Source: an uncultured delta proteobacterium (GTDB lineage Bacteria; Desulfobacterota; DSM-4660; Desulfatiglandales; HGW-15). From it: a stretch of DNA of 64,000 nt. The notes under the pieces were generated by a model. The model was not told the origin of the DNA. It saw nothing but the letters and a program-made list of their open reading frames with translations, and did no database searches. The translations under genes and the position numbers were made by a program. Positions 1 through 11,240 of this stretch are shown in pieces; position 1 is the first letter of the stretch; every line of letters starts with the position of its first letter. The DNA lies in contig CAVZMS010000124.1 of NCBI GenBank assembly GCA_963776085.1, positions 2,488-66,487 on the forward strand, in the 5' to 3' direction.

Positions 1-1396
1 AGTCCGAGGCCTTTTTACATAGGGCAGCCCCCACCTCGCACCATGTCATCATATCGGCCAGCAGGAACATGACATACTGTGATTTTGTCAGCTTTGCCTT
101 TCTGGCGGCGAGGATGATCTCGTTCACTGCCCGGATTGTCCGGGCAAGGTGATCAGAGCCTGCGTCTTCCGGCAGTTTTTCCAGTGCCTCTGCCATGGCC
201 GAATAATATTCACCCTTTGATCGTACCGTTTTCTGCAGGCGGAACACTGAAATAAGAAGGCGTTGGATCTCGCTGGTCCCCTCGTATATGGTGGTGATCT
301 TGATATCCCTTTTTATCTTTTCAACCTCATATTCCCTTATGTAGCCGTAACCGCCAAGGCCCTGTATGGCATCATTGGCCATGGCATCACCTGCCTCTGT
401 GGCGAAATATTTGGCTATGGAGCCCTCTACCTGCAGGTCCTTCTCATCCGTGTCCAGCCTGTATGCAACTTCCTCTATATATGCCCTGGCCGCCTCGAGC
501 CGCACCGCGTTGGGGACAAGGAGCTTATGGGTGTAACCCTCTTTCTCCACAAGGGTGGTCCCGAACTGGACCCTCTCCTTTGCATAGGCTATGGTCTTTT
601 CAAGGCTGGCCATCCCTCCACCAAGACCAAAGGTGGCGACCATCAGCCTTGTGTACCCGAAGACCTCGTTAGACTGTTTCAGACCCAGGCCTTCAATGCC
701 GCCTATAAGGTTTTCCTTGGGGATAAAAAGGTCCTCAAGGGTCAATGGACAGGTATCGGATCCCCTTATCCCGTGTTTATCTTCATGTCTTCCAGGAGTA
801 AGGCCCGAAGAACCTGCTTCAGCGATGAAAAAAGATGGACCATCCGGGGCCTCGGCAAGGATGGTGTATAGTTGGGCCACGCCGGCGTTGGTGATAAATT
901 GCTTCTGGCCGTTCAGCCTGTAACCTATGATATCTCCATTCTCATCCAGCACCCTTTCCGCCCTGGTTTTAAGGGCCTGGACATTGGATCCTGCCTCAGG
1001 CTCAGTGACGCCGTATGCCACTATCAGCCCCTCTTCAGCGATCCTCTTTATATACCTTTCCTTCTGTTCCGGGGTCCCGCCTACTCTGATAGGGTCCATA
1101 CCCAGACATATGGCAAGGAATGATGTGGCAATGGCCAGATCCATCTTTGCCAGCCTCTCGGAGACTATGGCTATATCCATGGCGCCGGCGCCCAGCCCCC
1201 CGTATTCTGCTGGGATAAAGATCAGGTGGAGGGCCACTTCAGGCCCCAGCATAAAGCGGATAAGTTCTGTTGGAAAGACGCCTTCATGATCTAGCTCCAG
1301 CTTGGTCTCCAGGGTGACCTTCTCTTTCTCCAGCTTGGATATCGTGTCAAGGACCATGGAAAGTACTTCGGGATCCATCTTTATCTGTCCGTTCAT
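1..1396 (-). CDS. acyl-CoA dehydrogenase (3' end runs off the window)
   Basis: My own minus-strand translation starts at the ATG at 1396, preceded by aaggaga: MNGQIKMDPEVL...GVTEPEAGSNV...TTIYEGTSEIQRLLI... The frame stays open to position 1. It is absent from the ORF track because no stop lies inside the window. The + strand ORFs 263-1289 are antisense artefacts. Confidence 0.9.
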   Translation of the reverse strand, partial: MNGQIKMDPEVLSMVLDTISKLEKEKVTLETKLELDHEGVFPTELIRFMLGPEVALHLIFIPAEYGGLGAGAMDIAIVSERLAKMDLAIATSFLAICLGMDPIRVGGTPEQKERYIKRIAEEGLIVAYGVTEPEAGSNVQALKTRAERVLDENGDIIGYRLNGQKQFITNAGVAQLYTILAEAPDGPSFFIAEAGSSGLTPGRHEDKHGIRGSDTCPLTLEDLFIPKENLIGGIEGLGLKQSNEVFGYTRLMVATFGLGGGMASLEKTIAYAKERVQFGTTLVEKEGYTHKLLVPNAVRLEAARAYIEEVAYRLDTDEKDLQVEGSIAKYFATEAGDAMANDAIQGLGGYGYIREYEVEKIKRDIKITTIYEGTSEIQRLLISVFRLQKTVRSKGEYYSAMAEALEKLPEDAGSDHLARTIRAVNEIILAARKAKLTKSQYVMFLLADMMTWCEVGAALCKKASD

Positions 1397-1489
1397 CAAG
1401 ATTCTCCTTGTTGCTGTTTTGATTGAAAAGCCGATGGCTCCGGCATTCCGGATGTATCGGCTTTGATTTACTCTGTTTCTAATATTTAT

Positions 1490-2469
1490 CTATTTTTTTA
1501 TCTTGTTCCGGCGATACTGGAAATAGGCGTCCCTTAAAGCGATGTATGGATCCATGGCAGACCTTTTAAGGTCTTCGTATTCACCAATGGTCAATGAAGT
1601 GTCATTTGTTTTTTCAAGGCCCCTCTTCGCCAGATCATATTTGGTCTTCAGATCGGCATAATATAAGGGATCGAGAAAAAAATCCCCGGCATCCCCTATT
1701 GTATCCCGAACACTGGATGGGCCTAAAATAGGCCAGTTGATATAAAATCCATTTCCCAGTCCATAGGAACCCAGGGTCTGTCCAAGGTCTTCATCATACC
1801 CTTTCATATCAAAATGTTTTTCCTGCCACATCAAAAAAGCCCGCCAACCCGAAAATTGAATTCGTCAGGAATCGACCCCATTCATAACCCGCGCCTTTAA
1901 ATTTGGCCTGAAGCAGACAATTGACAAAACGGATCGGAAAGGCCAGGTTGGAAAAAAAGTTTTTCACGCTGACCCTCGCCGGCTTAGGGACAACCACCTT
2001 GTAGCCGGAGGACACGGGCTTGAGAAGCCAGAAATAGAGCTTGTCGTTAAAATGAAAAAACATCCTGTTTATCGGCTCCAATGGGTCTGAGATTCCCGCA
2101 TAATCTTCATCCGATTCGGAATAATCCGCGAATTCATCCATGTTACCGGTCGTTCCATCCGGCGTAGTCTGTTCTTCCGTATCTTGAGAACCGACAAGTT
2201 GAGCTAGATTAACAGAGGTGTCGCCTGTCGTTTCATCCGGTGTAAACTGTTCTTCCATATCTTGCGAATCAGCAAGTTGAGATACATTCAATAGATGTGT
2301 CGCCTGTTATCTCATCCGGCGTGGACTGTTCTGCTACATCTTGAGAATCAACAACCTGAGATACATTAACAGAAGTGTCGCCGGTCTCTTCGGCAGATAA
2401 TAAACAGGGGCACTGGATCAATAATAAATATGCCGCATATAATTATTAGAGAAAGATCTTATTCATCAT
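1490..2469 (-). CDS. mlaA: MlaA/VacJ family lipoprotein with a repetitive acidic N-terminal extension (interrupted by frame shifts)
   Basis: Fragments 1809-2291 (DPLEPINRMFFHFNDKL...NFFSNL...LLQAKFK...GLAGFFDVA) and 1490-1834 (GLGNGFYINWPILGPSSVRD) together give a full VacJ domain. They are joined at a shift near 1809-1834. An upstream signal-peptide-like start (ATGATG ending at 2469) and the repeats lie in other frames, so there are at least 2 more shifts. Confidence 0.8.
2157..2391 (-). repeat. 78-nt (26-codon) tandem repeat, 3 copies, inside the mlaA N-terminal region
   Basis: Three consecutive units encode E(E/I/T)TGDTSVN(V/L)(S/A)Q(V/L)..SQD..EQ.TPD. The middle unit carries a 1-nt insertion that breaks the frame. 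Confidence 0.85.
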
Positions 2470-2481
2470 TATTATTTGCCC

Positions 2482-3088
2482 CTATTCCCCTTTTTCAAGC
2501 TTTTCCTTTAAGCGCTTTAGAAGGTCCTCAAAGGAGGACTTGATTAAGATGTCGTTAAATTGACTCCTGTAGTTGTTTACAAGGCTTACTCCTTCTATAT
2601 TAACATCATAGACCCACCAAACGCCATCCTTTTTAATCACCCGATATTCTACCGGTATTTGCGTGCCCGCTGATGTGAGAACTTGGGTGGACACATTGCC
2701 ATAGTCTCCTTCAATCTTTTCATCCAGAAAAATGACCTTTCCCCCAGAGTATTGGCCGGCCTTGGCCATATAGGTCCTCTCGACCAGTAGCCTGAAGAGG
2801 GATATGAAATCCTTTTTTTCGCTGTCGGTCCTGTTTGTTCCAGTTCCTTGCCAGGGCCCTCCTGGAGAATTCCTCCCAGTCAAAAAGGCCGTCAACTATC
2901 TCAAAAACCATCTGCTCTCTCTTGTCCTTCATCTCCGGGGCTTTCAGCGAATTATCAAAGACTATGGCTATTAGTTTATCGGAGACGGCCTTGATCTTGT
3001 CTGTGGGTTCCCCTGCCGTGACGGTCATAGGGATCGCTAAAAAGATAGAGATTGAAAGGATTAATCGTTTAATATTTTTAAAGTACAT
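2482..3088 (-). CDS. mlaC: MlaC/Ttg2D-type periplasmic phospholipid-binding protein (one frame shift)
   Basis: Fragment 2720-3088 has a signal peptide and ...FDWEEFSRRALARNW. Fragment 2482-2895 has FISLFRLLVERTYMAKA...YRVIKKDGVWWVYDVNIEGVSLVNNYRSQF. The junction lies next to a T7 run at 2813-2819. Confidence 0.85.
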
Positions 3089-3116
3089 AACAACCTCATA
3101 TGATTTAATTTATCTC

Positions 3117-3558
3117 CTACACCTTGCCGAAGACATACTTTGATATCAGATCCTCAAAATCCACCGGTGGAAGGGCCTCCCTGATCTGTCCTCCCGGTTT
3201 AATTATCTTTTCAGACCCGCCTGGGGTGAGGGAAAGATATTTTTCACCGATCAGCCCCCTTGTCTTTATCGTCGCGATGGTATCTTCCTGTAATATTACA
3301 TCCGTGGAAATTGAAAGCACAACTTTGGCCTCATAATCTTCCATGGTGATGGAATCTCACTCGACCGACCTCCACCCCTGCAATGACGACCGATGACCCG
3401 GTTTGTAATCCCCCTATATCTGGAAAGATCGCATAGACCTCATATTTGTTACCACCGAGGATCTCCATCTTCGCCAGCTTAACAGACAGATATCCAAGAC
3501 AGATAATGCCGGCAAGGACAAATATGCCTACCGATAATTCAAGATCAAATTTTTTCAT
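3117..3558 (-). CDS. mlaD: MlaD (MCE domain) protein (one frame shift)
   Basis: The ATG at 3558 follows ggagg. The N-terminal part reads MKKFDLELSVGIFVLAGI...GGLQTGSSVVIAGVEVGRV (within 3331-3603). The C-terminal part is 3117-3344 (...IKTRGLIGEKYLSLTPG). Confidence 0.85.
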
Positions 3559-3594
3559 ATTGACCTCCAGGAAATATACTAAAAAAAACGTTCC

Positions 3595-3740
3595 GGGATT
3601 CAAGGGTTCAAGGATTCAAGTGAAACTGAAAAGGTTTTTAGACTGTAGGCATTTAGCTCTCAATCTTAAGGCTAACAACCTAACAGCCTTCAGCCTAAAT
3701 CCCTAAGCTCAGCCCCTTGAACCATGGAGTCCTTGAATCC
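3595..3740. repeat. nested imperfect palindrome built from short repeated words, between mlaD and mlaF
   Basis: GGATTCAAGG (3596-3605) pairs with CCTTGAATCC (3731-3740). GTTCAAGG (3606-3613) pairs with CCTTGAAC (3715-3722). There is an inner AAGGCT...AGCCTT stem. Confidence 0.8.
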
Positions 3741-3763
3741 TTATTATTTTCCTTTGTAATACC

Positions 3764-4511
3764 CTACCGATACGAAATGGGTCCCTCGGTATCCCCGCTA
3801 ATAAATTGTTTGACAACGGGATCCTCTGAGGCCAGTATCTCATCCGGGGTCCCGAGGGTCTTAATAACCCCTTCATGGATCATTGCCACCCTTTGAACTA
3901 TCTTAAACACCCTCTGTATCTCATGTGTGACGATGACACCGGTAAAGTTCATTCGTCTGTGCAGATCCTCGATTAAATTTAATATGGCATGACCGATTAT
4001 GGGGTCCAAACCGGTGGTCGGCTCATCAAAGAGCATGATCTCGGGGTGCCATATTAATTCTCGAGCAAGGGCGGTGCGTTTCTGCATACCACCGCTTATC
4101 TGTGTAGGATATTTATCTTCAGCGCCGGCGAGACCCACCTCATCCAATTGATCAATGACCCTTCTTCTTATCTCCTCCCTGCTTAAATCGGTCTTCTCCC
4201 TTAGGGGAAAGGCGACATTATCAAATACCGTCATGGACTCAAATAATGCCCCGCCCTGGAAAAGAAACCCTATCCGTTTCCTCAATTCAGCAATTTCTTT
4301 GCCCTTAAGACGGCCTATATCCGTGCCTTCAATCAGAACACGATCCTTTATCGGGCCTGATCAGCCTGGCGATATGTTTTAAGAGGACACTCTTGCCGTA
4401 TCCGCTCATTCCTATCAGGACAAGGATCTCCCCTTTATTAATGCTAAGGTTAACGCCTTTAAGCACCTTATTGCCATTGAACGATTTATGCAGGTTTTCA
4501 AGTTGAATCAT
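3764..4511 (-). CDS. mlaF: MlaF-type ABC transporter ATP-binding protein (one frame shift)
   Basis: Fragment 4329-4553, from the ATG at 4511, reads MIQLENLHKSF...GMSGYGKS (Walker A). Fragment 3764-4285 carries LSGGMQKRTALAREL and MLFDEPTTGLDP (signature and Walker B). Confidence 0.9.
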
Positions 4512-4519
4512 ATTACATC

Positions 4520-5304
4520 CTAAAAGAGCAGGGCGGTCATAAAATAATCCCATATCAGAATCATGGCGGATGATAGGACCACTGACTGGGTAGTAGCCTT
4601 GCTCACGCCTTCCGCCCCGTATCCTGATGTGCCGGTATAGTATCCCTTATAAGCAGGAGACCCATGATATAATCACGCCGAAACTTAATGACTTGTAAAT
4701 ACCCTCCAGAATATCTTGCATTTCCAGATAATTTGATATCTCGCCGAAGTAAGTACCGGGCCCTACCCCGAGTATCTTTACCCCTACCAGGTAGCCTCCG
4801 AAAATACCTATCGAATCAAAAATAGCCGTAAGCAAGGGCAAGGCAATAATGGCGGCAAGCAGATTAGGGACAACCAGATAACGGAAGGGATTTAATCCCA
4901 TCATTTCAAGGGCGTCTATCTGATTGCTTATGCGCATAATGCCGATCTCGGCGGTTATGGCCGATCCGGCCCTTGCGGTCACCATAAGGGCGGTAAGCAC
5001 GGGCCCCAGTTCTTTTATTATTGAAAGGGCCACCAATGGCCCGAGAAAGGCTACTGACCCGAGCCTGTTCAAATTGTAATATCCCTGAAGGGCAAAAACC
5101 ATTCCTGTAAAGGCGCCGATAAGGGCTATCAGAAATATTGATTGTGTGCCGATAAAACGGATCCTGCTTCAACAGGTTGATAACCTTAAAGGGAGGCGTC
5201 AGGGCATACATCAATGTCTTTACAAGAAAGATCGTCATAAGCCCCATCCCGGAGACATATCTTATTGTTGAAGTCCCTAAATTTCTGATAAAATCCATCA
5301 GCAT
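4520..5304 (-). CDS. mlaE: MlaE-type ABC transporter permease (at least two frame shifts)
   Basis: Fragments 4906-5304 and 4647-5102 are followed by a third-frame tail (AYKGYYTGTSGYGAEGVSKATTQSVVLSSAMILIWDYFMTALLF) that ends at a stop at 4520-4522, 8 nt before the mlaF start. Confidence 0.85.
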
Positions 5305-5484
5305 ATATCCCTCAAACCCTTTTCAGCATCCATGTGAAATAGATTATTATCGTGTCCAATCCGACCTTCTTCATATATCGCCTGATAAGATACTCATAAA
5401 TATCAGCGACTACCTGAGTATCACGGGAGGGATTTAATAGCATCAATAGGCAGATATTTCAATATAAAAACGAACGGATCTTTT

Positions 5485-6384
5485 CTAGGTTACACATGTC
5501 TCCAAAAAAGAAAGCATCATGTTCTCCGTATCGAGCTCGGCATGAAGTCCAATCGGGATAGTTCTATTTTCCACGTCATGTCCCACAGGCAATCCGTTAA
5601 TTACAGGGATATCTATCCCCGATGTAAAATCTCTTAATAATTCATTGATATCTGAAATATCGCCGCAATCCGTAAATCTGCCCGCGATAAGCCCTGAAAG
5701 ATCATCAATAACGCCGCTTAGCCTCAAATGGCTCAGCATCCGGTCTATCCTGTAAAGGGGCTCACCCTTATCCTCGATAAAGAGTATGGCCCCTTTCATC
5801 ATGGGCATAAAAGGGGTCCCTATAAGGCACGAAATGATGCTCAGGTTCCCTCCAATGACCATCCCCCTTGCCCTTCCCCGGTTCAGGACCATGCCTCCGG
5901 AGAGATCGACGATCCGGGGCGTCCTTGATGATGCAAGGTCAAGAAAGTCTCCCAGGTTGTCTCGGCCGTCCTGGAACAGGTCTCTTAACACCGGGCCGTG
6001 AAAGGTCACTAGATCCGTCTTTTGCAATATAGCGAATAAAAGTGCGGTGATATCGCTATAACCTACTATTATTTTGGGATTATCGAGAATTAAATCATAG
6101 TTAATCTTGTCGAGGATCCTGATGGTCCCATATCCTCCCCGCGCGCAAAAGATGGCATTAATCCTATTATCAGAGAACATGGAGTGAAGATCATCCAGCC
6201 GAGCCTCATCGTGCCCTGCAAGGTAGCCCTTTCTATTGAAAAGGTTGGGTGCCTCATGGACATGATATCCCTTTATATTAATGAGGTCTATTGTGGGTTG
6301 GATTTCTTCTTGATCGACCGGACCCGCAGGGGCAATAACTCCGATCGTATCACCCGGTTCCAGCCGCCGCGGTTTAATAGTCAC
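5485..6384 (-). CDS. ldcA: LD-carboxypeptidase (peptidase S66, muramoyltetrapeptide carboxypeptidase)
   Basis: Intact 299-aa ORF with [17 protein letters not shown] and VGYSDITAL motifs. Confidence 0.85.
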   Translation of the reverse strand: MTIKPRRLEPGDTIGVIAPAGPVDQEEIQPTIDLINIKGYHVHEAPNLFNRKGYLAGHDEARLDDLHSMFSDNRINAIFCARGGYGTIRILDKINYDLILDNPKIIVGYSDITALLFAILQKTDLVTFHGPVLRDLFQDGRDNLGDFLDLASSRTPRIVDLSGGMVLNRGRARGMVIGGNLSIISCLIGTPFMPMMKGAILFIEDKGEPLYRIDRMLSHLRLSGVIDDLSGLIAGRFTDCGDISDINELLRDFTSGIDIPVINGLPVGHDVENRTIPIGLHAELDTENMMLSFLETCVT

Positions 6385-7148
6385 CTGTTCCTCTTATGAA
6401 TGATCATCAAGCCCTCAAGGGTCAAATCTTCCTCGACATGATCGATGCTTTCCGACTCTTTATATATAAGCGGCGCGATACCTCCTGTCGCAATGACCGT
6501 CAATTCATCTCCCATCTCTTTCTTGATGCGATTTACGATACCATCCACCATGCCGGCGAAGCCATAGATAATCCCCACATTCATGCCGCTTATAGTGTCT
6601 TTGGCGATCACATTTTTCGGTTTGGCAAATATCTCCACCCTTGGCAGTTTGGACGCCTTTTCAAAGAGGGCCTCACATGAAATAATAACCCCCGGAGCGA
6701 TGGCTCCTCCAATATATGCCCCATCCTTTGAAACGCAATCAAATGTGGTGGCGGTCCCAAAATCAACTATAATCAAGGCAGTATGATATTTTTCATAAGC
6801 GGCTACCGAGTTGACAATCCTGTCCGCTCCTACCTCCTTCGGGTTATCGTATTGAATCGGCATACCGGTCTTTAATCCCGGCCCCACGATCATGGGTCTG
6901 ATATCGTAATAGCGACGGCAAAACTCCTCCAATACGTTTAAAAGGGACGGGACGACGCATGAGATAATGATATCGGTAATGTCCTCCATCCTGATTCCTG
7001 AAGACCTGAAAAGATTGCCGACTGTGATTCCCATCTCATCAGACGTGGCATCTTTCTCAGTCCTTATTCGCCAATGCCCAAGGATATCGTCCTGTTTAGC
7101 CACGCCCAGAACGATATTAGTATTACCTACATCAATGCAGAGTAACAT
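6381..7148 (-). CDS. coaX: type III pantothenate kinase
   Basis: Intact 255-aa ORF. The N-terminus is [11 protein letters not shown], with ...[10 protein letters not shown] and GGIAPG motifs. There is a 4-nt overlap with ldcA. Confidence 0.9.
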   Translation of the reverse strand: MLLCIDVGNTNIVLGVAKQDDILGHWRIRTEKDATSDEMGITVGNLFRSSGIRMEDITDIIISCVVPSLLNVLEEFCRRYYDIRPMIVGPGLKTGMPIQYDNPKEVGADRIVNSVAAYEKYHTALIIVDFGTATTFDCVSKDGAYIGGAIAPGVIISCEALFEKASKLPRVEIFAKPKNVIAKDTISGMNVGIIYGFAGMVDGIVNRIKKEMGDELTVIATGGIAPLIYKESESIDHVEEDLTLEGLMIIHKRNR

Positions 7149-7170
7149 ATATCAAATCCTTTTACGGTTT

Positions 7171-7258
7171 AAGGTATACGGTGTACGGCGTACGGTTTAT
7201 GGTTTAGGTTTACGGTTTATCCTTTATCCTATTCCTTACACCTTATACCTTATACCTT
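7171..7258. repeat. imperfect word-repeat palindrome between folP and coaX
   Basis: The left arm AAGGTATACGGTGTACGGCGTACGG (7171-7195) pairs with the right arm CCTTACACCTTATACCTTATACCTT (7234-7258). The middle consists of GGTTTA/CGGTTTAT repeats. Confidence 0.75.
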
Positions 7259-7263
7259 ATGCC

Positions 7264-8130
7264 TCATACTTTATACCCTGTTTTTATCGCATCAATAATC
7301 TTTACTGTTTCCAGCGTCCTTTTTACGTCATGCACCCTCACTATGTGGGCACCGTTCAATATACCCGCAGAAACGGTTGCCATGGTTCCGGTATCTCTTT
7401 CATCAGGCTCATTCTGAAGGATATGTCCGATAAATGCCTTCCTTGAGGTCCCCAACAGTATTGGCCTCTCCAAAGAGCTAAATTGTCTTAACTCCTTTAT
7501 TATCTCGAGGTTATGATGGAAGGTCTTACCGAAACCTATCCCAGGATCTATAATAATGAGGTCCTTTCTGATCCCGGCCTTAACCGCCCGTTCAATGGCA
7601 TCCCTAAGAAAGTCCAATATCTCCTGTATAAGGTTATCATAGGTGGGATTTTTTTGCATATCACCAGGGGTCCCCTGCATATGCATAAGAATAACAGGGA
7701 CACCTGCCTCCGCAACAACCGAGGCCATCTCAGGATCAAACCTGAGCGCGCTTATATCATTGATCATTGAAGCGCCTGCCTTCAGGGCCTCTACAGCCAC
7801 CTTGGCCTTGCAGGTATCGATACTGATAGGAATTTTGATATCTTTGCTAAGGGCCTCTATTACAGGTATAACCCTGGCTATCTCCTTATCGCATGGAACA
7901 GTCTCGGAATATGGCCTGGTCGATTCGCCGCCGATATCAATGATGTCGGCCCCTTCACGCGCCATGGCAATCCCCTGTTCGATCGCCTTATCCCCTTGAA
8001 TATAGAGGCCGCCATCTGAAAAGGAATCCGGGGTCACGTTAAGGACACCCATTATATGGGTCCTGTTACTCAGATTTAAAGAGTGATTGCCCCATTCCAA
8101 GACAAACCCCTTTTTCTGAAACCCCTTCAA
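7264..8130 (-). CDS. folP: dihydropteroate synthase
   Basis: Intact 288-aa ORF with [15 protein letters not shown] and [14 protein letters not shown]. It sits in the classical ftsH-folP arrangement. Confidence 0.93.
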   Translation of the reverse strand: MKGFQKKGFVLEWGNHSLNLSNRTHIMGVLNVTPDSFSDGGLYIQGDKAIEQGIAMAREGADIIDIGGESTRPYSETVPCDKEIARVIPVIEALSKDIKIPISIDTCKAKVAVEALKAGASMINDISALRFDPEMASVVAEAGVPVILMHMQGTPGDMQKNPTYDNLIQEILDFLRDAIERAVKAGIRKDLIIIDPGIGFGKTFHHNLEIIKELRQFSSLERPILLGTSRKAFIGHILQNEPDERDTGTMATVSAGILNGAHIVRVHDVKRTLETVKIIDAIKTGYKV

Positions 8131-9944
8131 GACTCTTTAACCTCCTGATCTCCTGCCGATTTAGACGAAGCGGCTAAAATAGCATCTATATCCTGGCTTT
8201 CGAGGGTCTCTTTCTCCAATAGGGCATTAGCCATTGCGTGAAGCGTAGCCAGATTGTCTTCAATAAGCTTATGGGTCTTATTATAGGAGCCTGTTACAAT
8301 ATCCCTTACCTCCTGGTCAATCTTTCTGGCCGTCTCTTCACTGTAATCCCTGTGCTGGGAGATCTCCCTGCCAAGGAATATCTGCTCCTCCTTCTTGCCG
8401 AATGTAAGGGGACCGAGTTTATCGCTCATCCCGTAATCACAGACCATCTTTCTGGCAAGTTCGGTTGCCCTTTCGATATCGTTGCCGGCCCCTGTTGTCT
8501 TCATATTGAGGACGATCTCTTCCGCGGCCCTTCCACCCATTAATATGCAAATGTTATTCAGCAGGTAGTCTTTCGGGTAGGTGTGTTTTTCATCAATGGG
8601 CAACTGCTGGGTCAGACCGAGCGCCCGTCCTCGGGGAATAATGGTTACCTTATGAATAGGGTCTGTATTAGGGAGTAATTTTGCAACAAGGGTATGTCCT
8701 GATTCATGATATGCGGTCGTCTTTTTCTCTTCATTGCTGATGATCATGCTTCTCCGCTCAGTTCCCATCAGCACCTTGTCTTTGGCATTCTCAAAGTCAA
8801 CCATCTCCACATTATCCTTGCCCTTTCTTGCTGCCATAAGTGCGGCCTCATTCACCATGTTTTCCAGATCCGCGCCTGTAAATCCCGGGGTCCCCCTTGC
8901 GAGGGTATGGATTTCAACATCCTTGGCCAGGACTATCTTCTTGATATGCACTTTCAGGATTCCTTCCCTGCCCCTTATATCCGGAATAGGGACCACCACC
9001 TGCCGATCGAATCGCCCCGGTCTTAAAAGCGCCGGATCAAGGACATCCGGCCTGTTAGTGGCGGAGATAAGGATGACGCCCTCATTGGATTCAAAACCGT
9101 CCATTTCAACCAGCAGCTGATTAAGGGTCTGCTCCCTCTCATCATGCCCGCCTCCCAGACCTGCGCCCCGATGACGACCAACCGCGTCTATCTCGTCAAT
9201 AAATATTATGCATGGGGCATTCTTTTTGCCCTGTATAAACAGATCTCTTACCCTCGAGGCGCCCACTCCCACAAACATCTCAACAAAATCCGAACCGCTT
9301 ATGCTGAAGAACGGCACGCCCGCCTCTCCCGCGATGGCCCTGGCCAGGAGTGTCTTGCCGGTACCAGGCGCTCCGACAAGGAGGACGCCTTTTGGTATCC
9401 TTCCCCCCAACCGCGTAAATTTCTTTGGATCACGCAGAAAGTCGATAATCTCCTGGAGCTCTTCCTTGGCCTCATCAATACCGGCGACATCTTCAAAGGT
9501 CACCTTCTCCTGGGAGTCGGTCATTAGTCTCGCACGGCTCTTTCCGAAAGAGAGGGCCTTCCCTCCGCCAGCCTGCATTTGACGCATAAACCATATCCAC
9601 ACGGCCGCAAATAAAATGATGGGAAGCCATGTGATAAATATCTGCAGCCATGGAGAACTATCTTCAGGTTTCACTGTTATCTTGACATTATTACGTCTCA
9701 ACTGGGATATCAGATCAGGATCATTAGGTGCCACGGTCTTAAAAGGCCCTTGCGAAGATGTGCCGGTAAGATTATTTCCCTGGATAACCACCTGCATCAC
9801 GCCTCCACTCTCCACCATACTCATGAAATCACTATACCCAACCGTTGTGCTGGCCTTGTCCTGGTGTTTAAACACCTGATATAACATAACGACCATAAGG
9901 CTTATGACCAGCCATAGAGCAAGATTTTTATAAATTGGGTTCAA
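8127..9944 (-). CDS. ftsH: ATP-dependent zinc metalloprotease FtsH
   Basis: Intact 605-aa ORF with an N-terminal [17 protein letters not shown], and the HESGH zinc site (YHESGHTL). Confidence 0.97.
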   Translation of the reverse strand: MNPIYKNLALWLVISLMVVMLYQVFKHQDKASTTVGYSDFMSMVESGGVMQVVIQGNNLTGTSSQGPFKTVAPNDPDLISQLRRNNVKITVKPEDSSPWLQIFITWLPIILFAAVWIWFMRQMQAGGGKALSFGKSRARLMTDSQEKVTFEDVAGIDEAKEELQEIIDFLRDPKKFTRLGGRIPKGVLLVGAPGTGKTLLARAIAGEAGVPFFSISGSDFVEMFVGVGASRVRDLFIQGKKNAPCIIFIDEIDAVGRHRGAGLGGGHDEREQTLNQLLVEMDGFESNEGVILISATNRPDVLDPALLRPGRFDRQVVVPIPDIRGREGILKVHIKKIVLAKDVEIHTLARGTPGFTGADLENMVNEAALMAARKGKDNVEMVDFENAKDKVLMGTERRSMIISNEEKKTTAYHESGHTLVAKLLPNTDPIHKVTIIPRGRALGLTQQLPIDEKHTYPKDYLLNNICILMGGRAAEEIVLNMKTTGAGNDIERATELARKMVCDYGMSDKLGPLTFGKKEEQIFLGREISQHRDYSEETARKIDQEVRDIVTGSYNKTHKLIEDNLATLHAMANALLEKETLESQDIDAILAASSKSAGDQEVKES

Positions 9945-10127
9945 TTGAAAAACCTCCTGTTAGAATTAATTAATGATAACATTATAATACGTTCTTGTAA
10001 AATTACAATCATGGTCATTCAACCTCTGAGTTAAAATTTCAACTATCATCCATTATGATAAAATTGAACGATGTTCTTCTCTAAGACGAGTAGTTCTTAA
10101 AAAGGTTAATTGAAACCAACTAGTAAT

Positions 10128-10206
10128 GTCATGCCGGACTTGATCCGGCATCCAGCTTCATTAGTTATTAAAAATCATTCTGGATTCCGGCTTCCGCCGG
10201 AATGAC
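10128..10206. repeat. pair of inverted 27-28 nt hairpin repeats (GTCATNCCGG-loop-CCGGNATCCAG family)
   Basis: GTCATGCCGGACTTGATCCGGCATCCAG lies at 10128-10155. CTGGATTCCGGCTTCCGCCGGAATGAC lies at 10180-10206 in the opposite orientation. ORF 10168-10380 is a translation artefact (..VIPAEAGIQ..). Confidence 0.85.
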
Positions 10207-10525
10207 GGTAATACTGGGTTCCCCGACTCTGAAGGAAATGACAAGTCGCAAAGTGACAATAGAAATCTTACCTTGCCTGAAATTGAGGGGGTTCACCATC
10301 CCAGATAGTGACACTAAAGGATTATAACCTTCTAAAAACGCATGTATCTTAACTCCATTGCCCGATTCGATTATTTTCATCTAAATCAAATGCGCTTTCG
10401 ACCTTTGACTCTTCTATTTAGTTATGTTAAATAAAATATAAGACATGTGTCTCTGTAAACTTGAATCCTTTATTCGTTAGGTCAATTCATATGATCTCAT
10501 TCCATGCCTGTTAGGAGAAAACTTA

Positions 10526-11113
10526 TTGAATTCATTTGAAGATATCCTCTCAGGTTCAGTAAAAACCCACGGTCACCTCTGTCCCGGGCAGGTGGTTGGC
10601 GTAAGGATGGCCATGCTGGGCTGCCGTCTTATAGGCCTTGATGACCCATGGCAACCTGAACAGATCAAGAAGCTCATTGTCTACGTTGAGATGGACAGGT
10701 GCGCAGCCGATGCCGTGGCATATGTCACCGGCGCCAAGCTGGGCAGAAGATCCCTTAAATACCTGGATTACGGCATAATGGCCGCCACATTTGTTAACCT
10801 TGAAACGAATCAGGCCTATCGAATAATTTCCACAGAGGAAAGCCGTGACCTTGTGCATGAGTACGCCCCGGAATTTAATGACGAAACAACACAACAATTT
10901 GAGGCATACAAACGAATGCCGGACAGCGTTCTCTTCAGAATCCAGAAGGTCCAAGTGCCCTTAAGTGAATTCGATCTCCCTGGGCCAACCAGGAAAAAGG
11001 CGACCTGCGTGAGATGCGGACAGGTTGTGCGGGATAACAAAGAGGTTCAGATTGACGGAAAGCCCTATTGCAGGCCCTGCGCGCATGGGGCATATTTTAA
11101 GGTCATTGAATAG
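10526..11113 (+). CDS. FmdE/FwdE family protein with a C-terminal zinc ribbon
   Basis: 195 aa. The TTG start lies 8 nt after aggag. Motifs are HGHLCPG...GVRM, EMDRCAADAV and a C-terminal CVRCG...CRPC. Confidence 0.8.
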   Translation: MNSFEDILSGSVKTHGHLCPGQVVGVRMAMLGCRLIGLDDPWQPEQIKKLIVYVEMDRCAADAVAYVTGAKLGRRSLKYLDYGIMAATFVNLETNQAYRIISTEESRDLVHEYAPEFNDETTQQFEAYKRMPDSVLFRIQKVQVPLSEFDLPGPTRKKATCVRCGQVVRDNKEVQIDGKPYCRPCAHGAYFKVIE

Positions 11114-11132
11114 ATACCTGTATGCAAGGTGG

Positions 11133-11186
11133 ATAGGCTGTAGGCTATAGGCTGTTAGTATGAAAACCTTCAGCCTACAGCCTAAT
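11133..11186. repeat. word-repeat hairpin (AGGCTGTAGGCT / CAGCCTACAGCCT) downstream of the FmdE gene
   Basis: AGGCTGTAGGCT (11135-11146) is complementary to AGCCTACAGCCT (11172-11183). Confidence 0.75.
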
Positions 11187-11240
11187 CAACCTAACCATAC
11201 CTGATTGACTTGCCTTTAATTATAGGCCATTATTCCGGCC

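Noticed and set aside
263-1289. Four overlapping + strand ORFs (263-871, 463-672, 591-923, 927-1289).
   Set aside because: They are antisense or alternative frames of a clean acyl-CoA dehydrogenase gene on the minus strand, and they have low-complexity Pro/Arg-rich translations.
2157-2391. Possible CRISPR array or other non-coding tandem repeat.
   Set aside because: The 78-nt units are contiguous with no spacers. They are a multiple of 3 and translate into a coherent acidic peptide repeat inside mlaA. No CRISPR-like repeat/spacer pattern exists anywhere in the window.
10168-10380. A 70-aa ORF upstream of ftsH, and the similar ORFs 23522-23713 and 18037-18246.
   Set aside because: Their C- or N-terminal parts are translations of REP-like hairpins (..VIPAEAGIQ.., ..SLRQAQYYSDF..). 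They have no RBS or motif support.
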